Shown here piece after piece: positions 20,820 to 32,316 of a DNA stretch of 64,000 bases. Below the pieces are notes generated by a model, which was not told where the DNA came from, did no database searches, and saw only the letters and a list, made by a program, of their open reading frames with translations. Where the stretch lies: NCBI GenBank assembly GCA_963695855.1, contig CAVOHZ010000003.1, positions 1-64,000 on the forward strand, read 5' to 3'. This stretch comes from an uncultured Nitrososphaerales archaeon (GTDB lineage: Archaea > Thermoproteota > Nitrososphaeria > Nitrososphaerales > Nitrososphaeraceae). The translations under genes and the position numbers were made by a program. Numbering within the stretch: the first letter of the stretch is position 1; each line of letters opens with the position of its first letter.

Positions 20820-22598
20820 TTAGGTAAATGGAGCGAACTTTTGGATATCATCTCTTTTTCTATCAGATACATATACATTACCTTCTGAATCTACTGCCAA
20901 ATGTTCAGGGTCCTGAAATTGACCATCTCCTTTACCAAACGATCCCCATTTGGTAATAAATTTGCCTTCACTATCATATTTTAATACTCTAGGTTGTTGA
21001 CTACAGCCAGGATCAGAATTTGGATCAGTTACATATACATTATCATATTTATCTAAAACAATATGTTCCATATGACAAAATTGATAGTCACCACTTCCTT
21101 TAGTTCCCCACATTAAAAGTGGTTTCCAATTACTATCAAATTTCTGAATTCGCTCATTTCCTCTTTCATTTACAAAGAAATTACCTTTAGAATCTATCTC
21201 TATTGTAGTAGGAAGATTAAAATCGCCAGCTTTAGTTCCTAATTGACCAATAGCCTTGATAAAGTTTCCTTTGGTGTCAAATTGTTGTATACGATTATTT
21301 TTAGAATCTGACACATAAACATATTTAAGATCTTTACTTACTGCAACATGTCTTGGATTATCAAATTTTCCTAGTTCTGCACTAGGAACTCCGTCTGTAT
21401 TACCAAATTTTAAAATAAAATTCCCTTTACCATCAAACTCTTGTACTCTATCATTTGCTCTATCTGCTAACCATAAGTTTCCTTCTTTATCAATATCAAT
21501 TCCATAGGGAACGTGCATTTGACCATCACCAGTCCCATCTTCTCCGAATTTAAAAAGAAATTGACCATCTTTATCAAATGCTTGAATACGACTTCCGTCT
21601 CTATCTACAGCATATAGAATCTTTTCATCAGGACCAAAATCTAAATCATGAGGACGAAGAAATTGACCATCTCCAGATCCTGCGCCTCCCCATTTTTTTA
21701 CAAACTTGTAGTTTGTAGCATCTTTGAAATTAAAAGATCCCATAGTTGCAGCCTCTGTCACATTACTTCCCATAGTTGCAGCCTCTGTCACATTTGTTGT
21801 AGAAAAATCAAGGTGTAGGACTTGACCATCTTTAACTTCTGTGTTATTTTCGTTGTTGCTATATACCTCTTTTATTTCTTCATCTGATAGTCCTCTGTTC
21901 CATATCCTAACCTCATCCAAAGCACCATTGAAAAATTTATCTTCTTCCAATGAATTTGCTCCTATCCTTAAAGGTTGGGTACCGGTATTATCTGGTAACG
22001 CTCCCCCAGTTATTTTTGTAGATACCTCTTTTCCATCTATATCTAGTTTCAATAAATTGCCATCATATGCTAACAGTACAAAATGCCATTTTCCATCATT
22101 ATACTTCTCTGTAGAATTTACTGCGAAGTACTCACCAGATTTGGTTTCAAATCCTCCTTGAATTATTCCCTTACTTGAGAACCAGAACCCATAATTCATA
22201 TTTTTACCCGCTTCGTCACTGTTAAATCCTCCTTTATTCACTAAAATAGCAGGTCCTGGTAAAGTAGATTGATTATTTTTTATCCATGATGCAACAGTGA
22301 AATTTTCAAGGGAAAGTGTATTATTATGAGGAATATCCTGGTACTGTGTGCCGTTCAATAACAGAAATGGTTCAAAATTGTAACCAGCTGCAGTAATGTT
22401 GTTTCCAGCTGCAGTAATGTTGTTTCCAGCTGCAGTAATGGATTCTGAGATGGTATTATTTGAGCCCTTGATCTCTATAGTACTCGTATCATTTTCGATG
22501 TTTTCATCTAATGAATACCCATAGGATATAGTCATTAAAATAAAAAAGACTGGTACAAGAAATGTTAAACTTATACAATTACGTATTTTATAGTTCAT
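20820..22598 (-). CDS. Secreted LamG-like jellyroll + NHL-repeat protein
   Basis: FTVASWIK, NDGKWHFV, LRIGA and FNGALDEVRIWNR (LamG-like), then six NHL repeats; short ITAAGNN and NVTEAATMGS linker repeats. Confidence 0.9.
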   Translation of the reverse strand: MNYKIRNCISLTFLVPVFFILMTISYGYSLDENIENDTSTIEIKGSNNTISESITAAGNNITAAGNNITAAGYNFEPFLLLNGTQYQDIPHNNTLSLENFTVASWIKNNQSTLPGPAILVNKGGFNSDEAGKNMNYGFWFSSKGIIQGGFETKSGEYFAVNSTEKYNDGKWHFVLLAYDGNLLKLDIDGKEVSTKITGGALPDNTGTQPLRIGANSLEEDKFFNGALDEVRIWNRGLSDEEIKEVYSNNENNTEVKDGQVLHLDFSTTNVTEAATMGSNVTEAATMGSFNFKDATNYKFVKKWGGAGSGDGQFLRPHDLDFGPDEKILYAVDRDGSRIQAFDKDGQFLFKFGEDGTGDGQMHVPYGIDIDKEGNLWLADRANDRVQEFDGKGNFILKFGNTDGVPSAELGKFDNPRHVAVSKDLKYVYVSDSKNNRIQQFDTKGNFIKAIGQLGTKAGDFNLPTTIEIDSKGNFFVNERGNERIQKFDSNWKPLLMWGTKGSGDYQFCHMEHIVLDKYDNVYVTDPNSDPGCSQQPRVLKYDSEGKFITKWGSFGKGDGQFQDPEHLAVDSEGNVYVSDRKRDDIQKFAPFT

Positions 22599-22959
22599 CT
22601 TTCCTTTCTTCTAAATAAAAACTAGAATAAATTTTTTTTGATACATGTATGTAGAAAAAATATTACAAAAATGAAAGCGAATTTTTTTCATTACTTCTTT
22701 AAACTTATATTTAGTTGAACAAAACGTTTGTATTGAATTCATAACTCCTTTTATTATATTGAATGAAATCTATTAGTTTGCTCTAGTAAAAATTACTATT
22801 CTAGGGCTAAATCCTATAATTGTGTAGTCTTTATAAATTTCTCTTGCAAACCAAATTAACATAATAATTGGAAAATGTATTCTATTTTTTTATGGAATAG
22901 AACATATTAAACTAAAATCGGTACATTTTAGCATAAAATAGAAATTTAATAAAATTCGT

Positions 22960-23453
22960 TTTTAAATCAATATCTGGATACCCTGTACCACCATCTGTAA
23001 ACAAACTTGTTTTCCATATCTCACAACCGAGTATCTAATGAATTTTTCAGCAACAGCCATTTTCTCTGCTCTAAGATATAGATTCCAAGTACAGAACTAT
23101 GAATTGGTTCAATACAAAACCATAACTATATTGAAATGTTGGTTACCGATTTGAATAATGGTTTTATCTATAACGAATTCTGATATTCTTTTTCTTTTAT
23201 AAATTTGACAGGACCCAATCTCTGAATCCAGTTTGATAAATACAGACATGTAAATCATTTTCCTATCTTTATTTTCATATCTTTAAATAGTATTAATGCT
23301 TCAGATGTATTTCTAAACCTGACAGTAAGGAAGTACAATTACAGCGAATATATTACAATAAAAGTAGACATTCTATTTGTTTCGAATCTTAAAAACATAC
23401 AAGTTAGAATAGAACCTTCACAGCTAAATCTATTCTCTTAAATTAACAGCTTC
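22960..23453 (-). mobile_element. IS6-family remnant (truncated, frameshifted)
   Basis: Homologous to the copies at 29447 and 39743 (MFLRF..NR, LWFCIEPIHSSVLGI, VYRW); left end GAAGCTGTTAATTTAAG. Confidence 0.75.
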
Positions 23454-23515
23454 TACAGATTCTTACTATTTTAAGACTTAATTTATAAATATAGTACTAT
23501 GACATGATGTTATAG

Positions 23516-24889
23516 TTGGATAAAATGAATAGTAACAGAATTATAATATTAACTCTATCTTTTCCACTTTTACTTTTTAGTTTTTGTAATATTTATGCTC
23601 AAAGTCAAAATCAACCTAGTGTTAGTGGTGGTGAAGGTATAGTTCTTTCTGATCCTAAATTGAAATTAGAATTAGTGACATCCGGACTTGATTTCCCCAC
23701 TACAATGGCCTTTTTAGGTCCCAATGACTTTTTAATCCTTGAAAAAGATACGGGTCTTGTTAAAAGGGTAATTGATGGTAAAACCATAGAAAAGCCACTA
23801 TTACAGATCGATGTAAGTAAAAAAGACGAGAGAGGTCTACTAGGAGTAGCTATCAGTGAAATAAAAACACCTGATAATACGAATGGCACGGCGCTGAATA
23901 CTAACGATATTACTCATTATGTATTTTTGTATGCTGTGCAGTGTGAAGGCAAGTCCCAAAACTGCGAGAACCGAATTTATAGATACGAACTTGACAATAC
24001 GAACAATCTCCTTATAAATCCAAAATTGTTGTTAGGAATTCCTTCATTTCCCGATCCCGCACATATAGGTGGAATAATAGATATAGGACCAGACAATAAT
24101 CTTTATGTTACTGTAGGAAATTTCCAAAATACTATTCCATCAGAGGTATACAAAACTAAGACTCAAAATTATGAAGATGGTAAGCCTGTGGATGGAAGGG
24201 CTGGAGTTCTAAGAATAACCCAAGATGGCAAACCAGTTGGTGGGGGAATACTTGGAAGTGAATATCCTCTTAACTTGTATTATGCTTATGGAATAAAAAA
24301 TAGTTTTGGAATTGATTTTGATCCTGTAACGAAAAAACTATGGGTTACAGAAAATGGACCCAAATTTGGTGATGAAATTAATTTGGCGGAACCAGGATTC
24401 AATAGTGGTTCTGATAAGATATTCGGTATTTGGAGAGCTGATGAGGAAGGTAAAAAACTGCAAACAGAGGGCAAGGAAGGTGAATATGTAACTGAAGGTA
24501 ACAATCCTAAAGACCTAGTATATTTTGAAGGAAAAGGACATTACAGCCCTCCTGAATTCATATGGGATAAATCAGTAGCTCCAACTGCACTATTATTTCT
24601 TGATTCCAAAAACTTTGGAGCTGAATATGAAAATAACATGTTTGTAGGATCTGCAGATGGGCAAATATTTCATTTTAATTTAAATGACAATCGAACTGAA
24701 CTCCTTTTAAAAGGTGTTCTGGAAGATAAAATAGCTACAGATGATAAAGAGTTTGCTGATATATTATTTGCACAAGGTTTTGGTATTATTACAGACTTGA
24801 AGAAAGATCCAGATGGGAACCTATATGTGGTATCAGGAACAAAAGAATCAAAATCAGAAAAATCGGGTATTGTTTATAGAATAAAATGA
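23516..24889 (+). CDS. PQQ-dependent sugar dehydrogenase (GSDH) family protein
   Basis: Signal peptide; ERGLLGVA, HIGG, GPDNNLY, YAYGIKNSFGIDFDP, ENGP..GDEIN. Confidence 0.88.
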   Translation: MDKMNSNRIIILTLSFPLLLFSFCNIYAQSQNQPSVSGGEGIVLSDPKLKLELVTSGLDFPTTMAFLGPNDFLILEKDTGLVKRVIDGKTIEKPLLQIDVSKKDERGLLGVAISEIKTPDNTNGTALNTNDITHYVFLYAVQCEGKSQNCENRIYRYELDNTNNLLINPKLLLGIPSFPDPAHIGGIIDIGPDNNLYVTVGNFQNTIPSEVYKTKTQNYEDGKPVDGRAGVLRITQDGKPVGGGILGSEYPLNLYYAYGIKNSFGIDFDPVTKKLWVTENGPKFGDEINLAEPGFNSGSDKIFGIWRADEEGKKLQTEGKEGEYVTEGNNPKDLVYFEGKGHYSPPEFIWDKSVAPTALLFLDSKNFGAEYENNMFVGSADGQIFHFNLNDNRTELLLKGVLEDKIATDDKEFADILFAQGFGIITDLKKDPDGNLYVVSGTKESKSEKSGIVYRIK

Positions 24890-25414
24890 TTATTCCTGGC
24901 AGGATAATTTATAAAATAAACAATATTTTTAAATCAAAATAATAAATAATAAAAATATAGCCATATACTTTATGGAATCATTGATCAATCCTGTTGCGAT
25001 AATCCTATCTATTATCTGTTCTAAAGGTTTTTAATAATTGAAGTCTGCATTTGGTCAAGAATTCTAATAGTTTCTGTCAATGTGATTTTAATAAATATTA
25101 ATTTTATATATTTCAACTGCAAAGGATCCCGCAATGGTATTATTAAAAGATCTATATTTTGACTTGGTGTCTTTTATTAACTAACCTTTTCGTTCTGTTA
25201 CTTACCCATGTCTTACCTAATGCATCTTTATATTTTTATTATTGATAGTGATTATTTTCTAATATAAAGTATATCCATATGTATAATTATATATTTATCA
25301 AATTTTTTTCTTGAAGATTATTTGTGAGGGAATTGTAACTTATGACATAACGTCATTAATTTTATAGCGTCTAAACAGATTACTTTATATAATAGCCAAA
25401 CTTCTCATTCATCC

Positions 25415-26293
25415 TTGTTACGATACAAATTTTTGGTATTGATGTTCTGGTTATTGATTATATTTTTGTCTTATTCGTTCTTTATTTTCCCTAATAATTC
25501 TTTGGCCTTGTCTGACAAGAATAATGAAAATAATAATAGTATTGATAAATTTAAACTGACTATTGAAATTAATTTAAATAATATCAGACAGGAAAATCCT
25601 CAAATTATAAAATTAGTTGTTTTTATCAATGGTGAAATTCAAACCAAGATAATAGACATCACAAATGATGTAAAGTCAGCTAAGATTTCTATAAAGACTC
25701 CTCCTTTTGAATTTAATAAAAGTAACGACGTTTCAAAAATTGACGCAGGAGATGAATACTTTGTATGCGGTTATATATTAAAACAAGGTCCCAAAATAGA
25801 ACCAAGCAATACAAATATCAATAACAAAACAATGTTGTATGACTGTAATGAGGGTCGCCTTGCATCTCCAGATAAGGGCTCACCAAAAATATTTTCTACA
25901 CTTACTAGATTTGATGAAAGTTCCGCCTCTTACCAGTCGAGTAGTGCAAATTCAGTCCCACTATCAAATAGTAAAGAGGTAAAAATTACTCTTTTGAATC
26001 CTACAAATGTTATACAGCACTTGGATTATGCAAAGTTTGCAGCAATGGTAAAAGGGGAATATCAAATAAAAAAAATAAATATCAAGGATGAAATAAAAAA
26101 ATCAAAGAACAAAGATACAATCAGCGTTCCATTTACCTTTGATATAAATACAAAAATTGGACGAATTCAACCAGGTGATTTATTCTTTGGATGTATTACC
26201 GCAGATGGATATTCCTCGTCAGAAAACTCTGAATGCGAGGTAAGGCTTATAAAGCATTTTGACAAACCAAACAAGTTACCGGTAGCACACTAA
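25415..26293 (+). CDS. Secreted two-domain Cys-containing hypothetical protein (paralog of 15974-16888)
   Basis: Signal peptide (SLA) and the same conserved Cys motifs as its paralog. Confidence 0.75.
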   Translation: MLRYKFLVLMFWLLIIFLSYSFFIFPNNSLALSDKNNENNNSIDKFKLTIEINLNNIRQENPQIIKLVVFINGEIQTKIIDITNDVKSAKISIKTPPFEFNKSNDVSKIDAGDEYFVCGYILKQGPKIEPSNTNINNKTMLYDCNEGRLASPDKGSPKIFSTLTRFDESSASYQSSSANSVPLSNSKEVKITLLNPTNVIQHLDYAKFAAMVKGEYQIKKINIKDEIKKSKNKDTISVPFTFDINTKIGRIQPGDLFFGCITADGYSSSENSECEVRLIKHFDKPNKLPVAH

Positions 26294-26379
26294 TAATAAA
26301 ATACAAAATTATGCATTCTTATAATCCTAGATGTGATGTGTTCCCCAAACAGTCTTTTTATGACTGATATAATATTTCA

Positions 26380-27160
26380 TATGTCATGTATTAATCGTGA
26401 AGATGCTCTTGTAACCACGTTTCATTTTTTTCTATATTTACCAATAGTTTTCAAAACGTGTAGATCTTCATAACTTGAAGGTATATCACTAAATCCATTT
26501 AAATTCTCTTTTACAAGTACTTGGCTATCTTTGTCTTAATATTCTTTATTTGCAACAACTGCAGACAATGATTTTATTTTTGATATTTTTATTGTAATAT
26601 GTTTGAAATCTATTGTATCATGTCTTTTTGGACCTCGTCTTAACTTGATCTTGCAGATGATCTATTTTAGAACATCTGTCCGAACCGACAAGTTAGTATG
26701 TTTCTTTCTTAATTTGGCTCTATTTGTGTAGTATTCTGATTCATATGTTATTTGAATCCAGTTTAATTTATCCCAGCCAATATGTGTCTTGTACATATGA
26801 ATATTATAAATAGAGATATTATTCATTATAATGACGCTGCATTGATTCTATCAGTTAATTTTTGTAGTCCTGTCTAGTGGATATTCTTGACAACTGTAGA
26901 AACAGCTTAGATAAATTATTTCAACCAACTAGTCTGTAAACGAAGTGTAACTCTTATTTTCATACTGTATCATCACAACAAGAACAATGTGTTGCCATAC
27001 AGTATAGATGTTATTGCTTTTTCAATGTAGATATAATGGGATCCTAAAATATTTGAGAATACGTAATAATTGGTCTGCTAACCGAATGTATCGGATTATT
27101 GTTTATTCAATAACTAATTGTACATGTTATGTTGTTAGCGATGATCGTTTCTCCAGACCC
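26380..27160 (-). mobile_element. Decayed IS5-like DDE transposase element
   Basis: Broken frames give RFANQLLRILK..RIPLY, YTVWQHIVL, TGFK, SEYYT, KLRRGPKRHDTIDFK and VVANKEY; GGGTCTGGAGAAA at 27160 may be the left end. Confidence 0.65.
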
Positions 27161-27168
27161 TTGAATTT

Positions 27169-27507
27169 TTAACTTTTTCGAATTATTGCTAAAAAAAACA
27201 ACACTAGTATAGAAAGCGTTATTGATGAGACCAAGAGCTCATTATATGGATTTTCAATAGCACTTATTGTATCTCCTAATATTTCCAAACTTAATTGAAT
27301 TGTAAAAAGTATAAATGCAATCGAAGCATATAATATTATTTTTAATCTAGTTTTTCGGTAAGCATTTATAGACAAAATAAATAATAAAACAGAAAAACAT
27401 AGAATTCCTGTATTAACAATTTGTTCTAATGTTTCGGATTCTAAAGATATATTTAACATTAAATTTGAAAGAAGAAATGCAGATATAAGGATGATACTCT
27501 CAATCAC
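27169..27507 (-). CDS. Small 3-TM membrane protein coupled to a wHTH regulator
   Basis: Hydrophobic; AYRK..KILYA..AF motif shared with 40644-41015; overlaps the regulator stop. Confidence 0.75.
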   Translation of the reverse strand: MIESIILISAFLLSNLMLNISLESETLEQIVNTGILCFSVLLFILSINAYRKTRLKIILYASIAFILFTIQLSLEILGDTISAIENPYNELLVSSITLSILVLFFLAIIRKS

Positions 27508-28084
27508 TTTCTTTTACCCCCTTATCATAATTATGATTGTCATTATTGTAAGATAATGATAGAAATATTTCAACAAGTCTATTGCTCCAATTATCCCAAA
27601 TATGAGGATAATAATTTTTCATTAGTGCAACAAGATGTCTTGGATCGTCAGTTATCTTATATCTCTTGTATTTACCTTCCCTTATTTCATATATTACTTC
27701 ATAATCTATTAATCTAGAAAGATGCCAATTAACAGATGGTGTTGAGATTCCGATAGATTCAACAATTTGATTTTGAGTAGGATTTTGTTTTTCAATAATA
27801 AACATTAGTATTTTACGTGACGTTTCCTGAGTTAAAATTTGTAATAAATTTTTTTCATTTTCATGAAATATGCCAACTGGAAAATAATATTTATATAAAC
27901 CATTTTTTGTAAATGTTATTTTCCCTTCTTTTTCTAACTTTTCCAAATGATATTGCGTTGTACCCATAGATATTTTCAATTCCTTCTTTATTTGTCTAAG
28001 ATGACAAGCTGGTTTTTGTTTAATAAACTGTAATATTTTACCATAAATGTCAGTATCTTTTTGTTTATCACCTGGGTTATCCAC
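27500..28084 (-). CDS. Double winged-helix (ArsR-like) transcriptional regulator
   Basis: P..HLRQIKKEL.ISMGTTQYHL..LE.EG plus a second HTH (ISTPSVNWHLSRL). Confidence 0.88.
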   Translation of the reverse strand: MDNPGDKQKDTDIYGKILQFIKQKPACHLRQIKKELKISMGTTQYHLEKLEKEGKITFTKNGLYKYYFPVGIFHENEKNLLQILTQETSRKILMFIIEKQNPTQNQIVESIGISTPSVNWHLSRLIDYEVIYEIREGKYKRYKITDDPRHLVALMKNYYPHIWDNWSNRLVEIFLSLSYNNDNHNYDKGVKESD

Positions 28085-28385
28085 AATAATCTTTTTAACT
28101 CCTATATTTAGTAAATTATTTCACAATATATTTGTAGATATGAAGATAGATATGAAAATATATCTATACTTTGAGTATACCTATACTTTGATTTTACTCG
28201 TCAATCTAACCTTTCTGGTACACTTAGCTAAATGAATATAATTTTTGAAGCAGTAACTTCCTTAGTATTTATGTAGTTGTATCAAATTCCTTAATTATCT
28301 CAACTTGTAAAGTGATATAATGAAAAAACTAATTTTTTTAGGACTTGCTCCATTGGAACAAGAAGATGAGTATGTGAAATAGAAT

Positions 28386-29396
28386 TTGATTAAAAATTTA
28401 CAAGAAAACAATCAACCTATCATATATGATTCTCATATCATCTATAACTATTTACAATATAATATTAGACACATAATAATCTTTTTAGTTTTTATATCGG
28501 TAATAAACCTCCAAAGCTCATATAGTCAGCAATTAACTAATAAAGGATTTAATGTTATTAGTTCTAGTGATTTTGGATGTTCGCCTGATGCAAATAATAA
28601 TATTCAAATGATAATAGAAAAAAATCCTGATCTTTTTCTAGTTCCGGGTGATTTAAGTTATAAGACTGACGGAAATTGTTGGTTCAATGAGGATAATCCT
28701 TTAGATAGTATTACCAAAATAGCAATTGGTAATCATGATTCTTCAGAGGAAGAGTCACAAACATTAGAACAACAATATGAAAACCATTACAAATTAAAAA
28801 ATCCCTTTTATTCTTTCAATATTAAAAATCTACATGTTCTCGTAATGGATACACAACTGAAACCGACAAAAAACGATGCACAATATAAATTTGTTATAAA
28901 TGATTTAAAAACCAGTTCAACAGATTCTAAACTTGACTGGATTATAGTAATGTTGCATAAACCGTTATATACTTCTACATCTAAACATCCACCTGAATTA
29001 GAATTTCGTTCGTTATATCATACTATTTTCGATAACTATGGTGTTGATTTAGTAATACAAGGACATAATCATATATATGAAAGAACATATCCGATAAAAT
29101 ATAATCCATCCAGTATTACTAATCCTATAATATCATTAGGAACGAATTCTCAAGATCTGCAGAAGGATTACATTTTTAAGAATACTTATCCAATTTTTGT
29201 TACTGTTGGGGAAGGAGGAAAAAGTCATTATGAAATACTCGATCATCCACAATATATTGCTAAACAAGATAACACACATTTTGGATTTTTAAATATTGAT
29301 GTTACAAATGAACAACTAAAATTAACATTTTATGGAATCGAAAGTAACAACCAACTAAAACCTTTGGATAAATTTATTATACAAAAATCTGTTTAA
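28386..29396 (+). CDS. Secreted metallophosphoesterase (purple acid phosphatase-like)
   Basis: DFG, GDLSY, GNHD, VMLH and GHNH.YER motifs. Confidence 0.9.
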   Translation: MIKNLQENNQPIIYDSHIIYNYLQYNIRHIIIFLVFISVINLQSSYSQQLTNKGFNVISSSDFGCSPDANNNIQMIIEKNPDLFLVPGDLSYKTDGNCWFNEDNPLDSITKIAIGNHDSSEEESQTLEQQYENHYKLKNPFYSFNIKNLHVLVMDTQLKPTKNDAQYKFVINDLKTSSTDSKLDWIIVMLHKPLYTSTSKHPPELEFRSLYHTIFDNYGVDLVIQGHNHIYERTYPIKYNPSSITNPIISLGTNSQDLQKDYIFKNTYPIFVTVGEGGKSHYEILDHPQYIAKQDNTHFGFLNIDVTNEQLKLTFYGIESNNQLKPLDKFIIQKSV

Positions 29397-29446
29397 TATT
29401 TCTATTCTATTATTATTTATTTAATAGTTTGTTAATACAGATAGTA

Positions 29447-30168
29447 GGCTCTGTTCAGATAAGCAGTAAAAGCTATAGCTGAGAATGTTCTAAATATACT
29501 ATGAAAATTAAATTTGAAAGAAATAGAACATCTACTATTATTGTAATGTATTGTCTTTATCTATACCTTCTTGGTCTCAGTCTACGAAATACTTCTAACG
29601 CATTAACTATATTTAGAGATCAGAAGAGAAGTTATGTTTCTATTTGGAAATGGATTCAGAGATTTGGATCCTGTCAGATCTATAAACGAAAAAGAGTAAC
29701 TGCTTTTATTATAGATGAGACCATTGTTCAGATTGGTAACCACCATTTCTGGTTATGGATTTGTATTGAACCGGTACACAGTTCTGTGCTTGGGATCTAT
29801 CTCTCAGAAGAGAGAAATATAATAGTCGCTGAAAAGTTCATAAGGTCTCTTGTATCAAAATATGGAAAACATCCCGTATATACAGATAATGGTACATGGT
29901 ATGATGAAGCTTGCAACATAATTGAATTGAAACAGTATCTACACTCCCTCACCATTTCAGAAAAGTTTGATGGAAAGAGTCAACAAGTATTTGAAAGACA
30001 GAATAGAAAGTTTTGATAACTACTATCCTTGTATGCAAGAGGAATGTAATCTATTTTACATACATAACTGGATACAATTCTTTGTTTCAATGTATAATGA
30101 TACTATAACAAATAATAAGAATTATTTTTGGTTAAAGGAGGGGAATATTAACTTAAATTAACACAGCC
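29447..30168 (+). mobile_element. IS6-family element, ~720 bp, frameshifted transposase
   Basis: ORFs 29501-30016 and 29967-30161 (IDET, YTD.G.WY, ER..K.LKDR); imperfect ends GGCTCTGTT...AACACAGCC. Confidence 0.85.
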
Positions 30169-30819
30169 AGTAACTTATTAAATAATTGAACTTGGATATA
30201 CAAATTACTGCCTTTCTTATTTTTTTTCATCTCTTCTAATTCAATATATCTCGGTTATCAATCACATCAAAATCAAATAATATCTTTCCTCTCTTTACCA
30301 GAGACTCATAATTTATATGGTTCACATAACATTGCTATAATAGATTAGCTAAATGTGTTAGGAAGAACGATTAACGGAGCAAACCAATCTATAAAAATAA
30401 CTATGTAAAAAATATATAGATACTATGATGAAATATAATTCCAGCTATGCTTTATTCGCTTTGCATATGTTAAATTCAATCGTAAAAGATATAACATAAT
30501 AAAAAGGTATCTCTTTGAATTAGAAATAAAAAGTAATAGTACAAGAATGTATTTGTTATCATATTTTTATGTATATATTCGCTCATTCTTACTAGCTTGT
30601 ATCTATATTATCCCCTAATTGTTACATAGTTGTATCACAATGCCTTTATTCGTAATATTTAATTATTATATCATGCAAATTAGACAATGTTCTATACAAA
30701 GAGGATTATTTATTCAACAAAAACGCAATCTTCATTTTGAAGACATTCTAGATTATCTTTTAAAAACAAGTCAAGATATACGATTTTAGAAATAAGATTA
30801 TCAAATAGTGAAATAATAA

Positions 30820-31839
30820 ATGAAATATGTTATTTTGTTTTATTTTTTATCTACAATCCTAGTTACTTCGATAATAATTAGTGGTAACTTTGTTTACGGT
30901 CAGGATCCTTCTCAAAGTAATAAACCCATCGAAAAAGAAAAGCCTTTCAACATAGCAATCGCGTCGGATTGGGGATGTAATAAAGACGCTAAAAAGACCT
31001 CACAAAATATTCAAACCCATAATCCCGAACTTGTCATTTCAGCAGGAGACGAAAGTTATGATAAATCTGCAGGTTGTTGGTTTGAAATAATAGATCCATT
31101 CAAATCAAAGATGAAGATAGCCATGGGAGATCATGAATATAGTGAAACTTCAGGTGGAGATAAAGGTGTAATTAATCAATATCTGAACCCTCTGAATCTA
31201 GAAAAAACATATTATTCTTTTGATATGAATAATGCTCATTTTGTTTTTATAGATGCATATATTGATTATGGTCCTGGATCAGATCAATATCAATTCATTG
31301 CAAATGATCTAAAGAATGCTTTTAAAAATCCGAAAATAGACTGGACATTTGTTGTTGAATCTCCACCTATCTATACTTCGCCTTCTGTCCATCCAGGTGA
31401 TTCTACAATCAGAGATATTTATCATCCTCTTTTTGATAAGTATGGAGTTGACCTAGTATTTACTAGTGACAATCACAATTATCAAAGAACTTTTCCACTA
31501 AAATATAACAATAATGGTGACAATTCTAATCCCATAGTATCCAATAAAAATACAAATGATTATAACAATGATGATGGAGTTATCTATATTATTTCTGGTA
31601 CTGCAGGAAGATCTCATTATGTAATTAAAGAACAATCATCTTTTGTTTCAAAACAAGATGATAAAAATTTTGGATTTCTAAATATTGATATAGAAGGTAA
31701 GTCATTGAAAGCAATTTTCTATGCAAATGCAGAGTCAAATTTTAAACATATTAGTAAAGATAATAACAATAACATAATAGACCATTTTAGCATTTCGAAG
31801 CAAAATAACGGGTCATATAATAAATCTAATAACGTTTGA
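30820..31839 (+). CDS. Secreted metallophosphoesterase with altered metal ligands
   Basis: DWG, GDESY, GDHE, VVES and SDNH.YQR motifs. Confidence 0.88.
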   Translation: MKYVILFYFLSTILVTSIIISGNFVYGQDPSQSNKPIEKEKPFNIAIASDWGCNKDAKKTSQNIQTHNPELVISAGDESYDKSAGCWFEIIDPFKSKMKIAMGDHEYSETSGGDKGVINQYLNPLNLEKTYYSFDMNNAHFVFIDAYIDYGPGSDQYQFIANDLKNAFKNPKIDWTFVVESPPIYTSPSVHPGDSTIRDIYHPLFDKYGVDLVFTSDNHNYQRTFPLKYNNNGDNSNPIVSNKNTNDYNNDDGVIYIISGTAGRSHYVIKEQSSFVSKQDDKNFGFLNIDIEGKSLKAIFYANAESNFKHISKDNNNNIIDHFSISKQNNGSYNKSNNV

Positions 31840-32316
31840 GACTAGCTACCTGTATTTTTCTTACGTAATTAATAGCTGTTTACGATTGAGATAAATGATC
31901 GTAGTATAGAACTGGATACTGTAGTTAAGAGAATATACTAATCTAGAGGACACGAAAATGTGTAGTTGAAAATAATTTATTTAAATCAGAACTTGAAAAA
32001 AAGATTATAACAAGAACCGTTTGTGGTCACATCTTGGTAAAGCTTAATATGAATTTATATCACTTAGCATATATTACTGATACACATATTTGACACTAAA
32101 TTATTGATTGTATTTTTTTGGTTTGTATTTATTCCATTAGTAGGGTAACATACAGATAAATCTTATAACAATATGTATAAAATTTGTAATTGTTATATGT
32201 GGAAAATGAATAGTACAATTCTATAATTTGGCAAATTAATCCTTATATAAAAAACCTAATATGAATACAGGGTTGTATCACATTATTTTTAAACTTTTAA
32301 TTAATTAAATACTTCA

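Noticed and set aside
29443-30172. AGTA on both sides of the IS6 as a target-site duplication
   Set aside because: Only 4 bp in AT-rich DNA, whereas IS6 typically makes 8-bp duplications; may be chance
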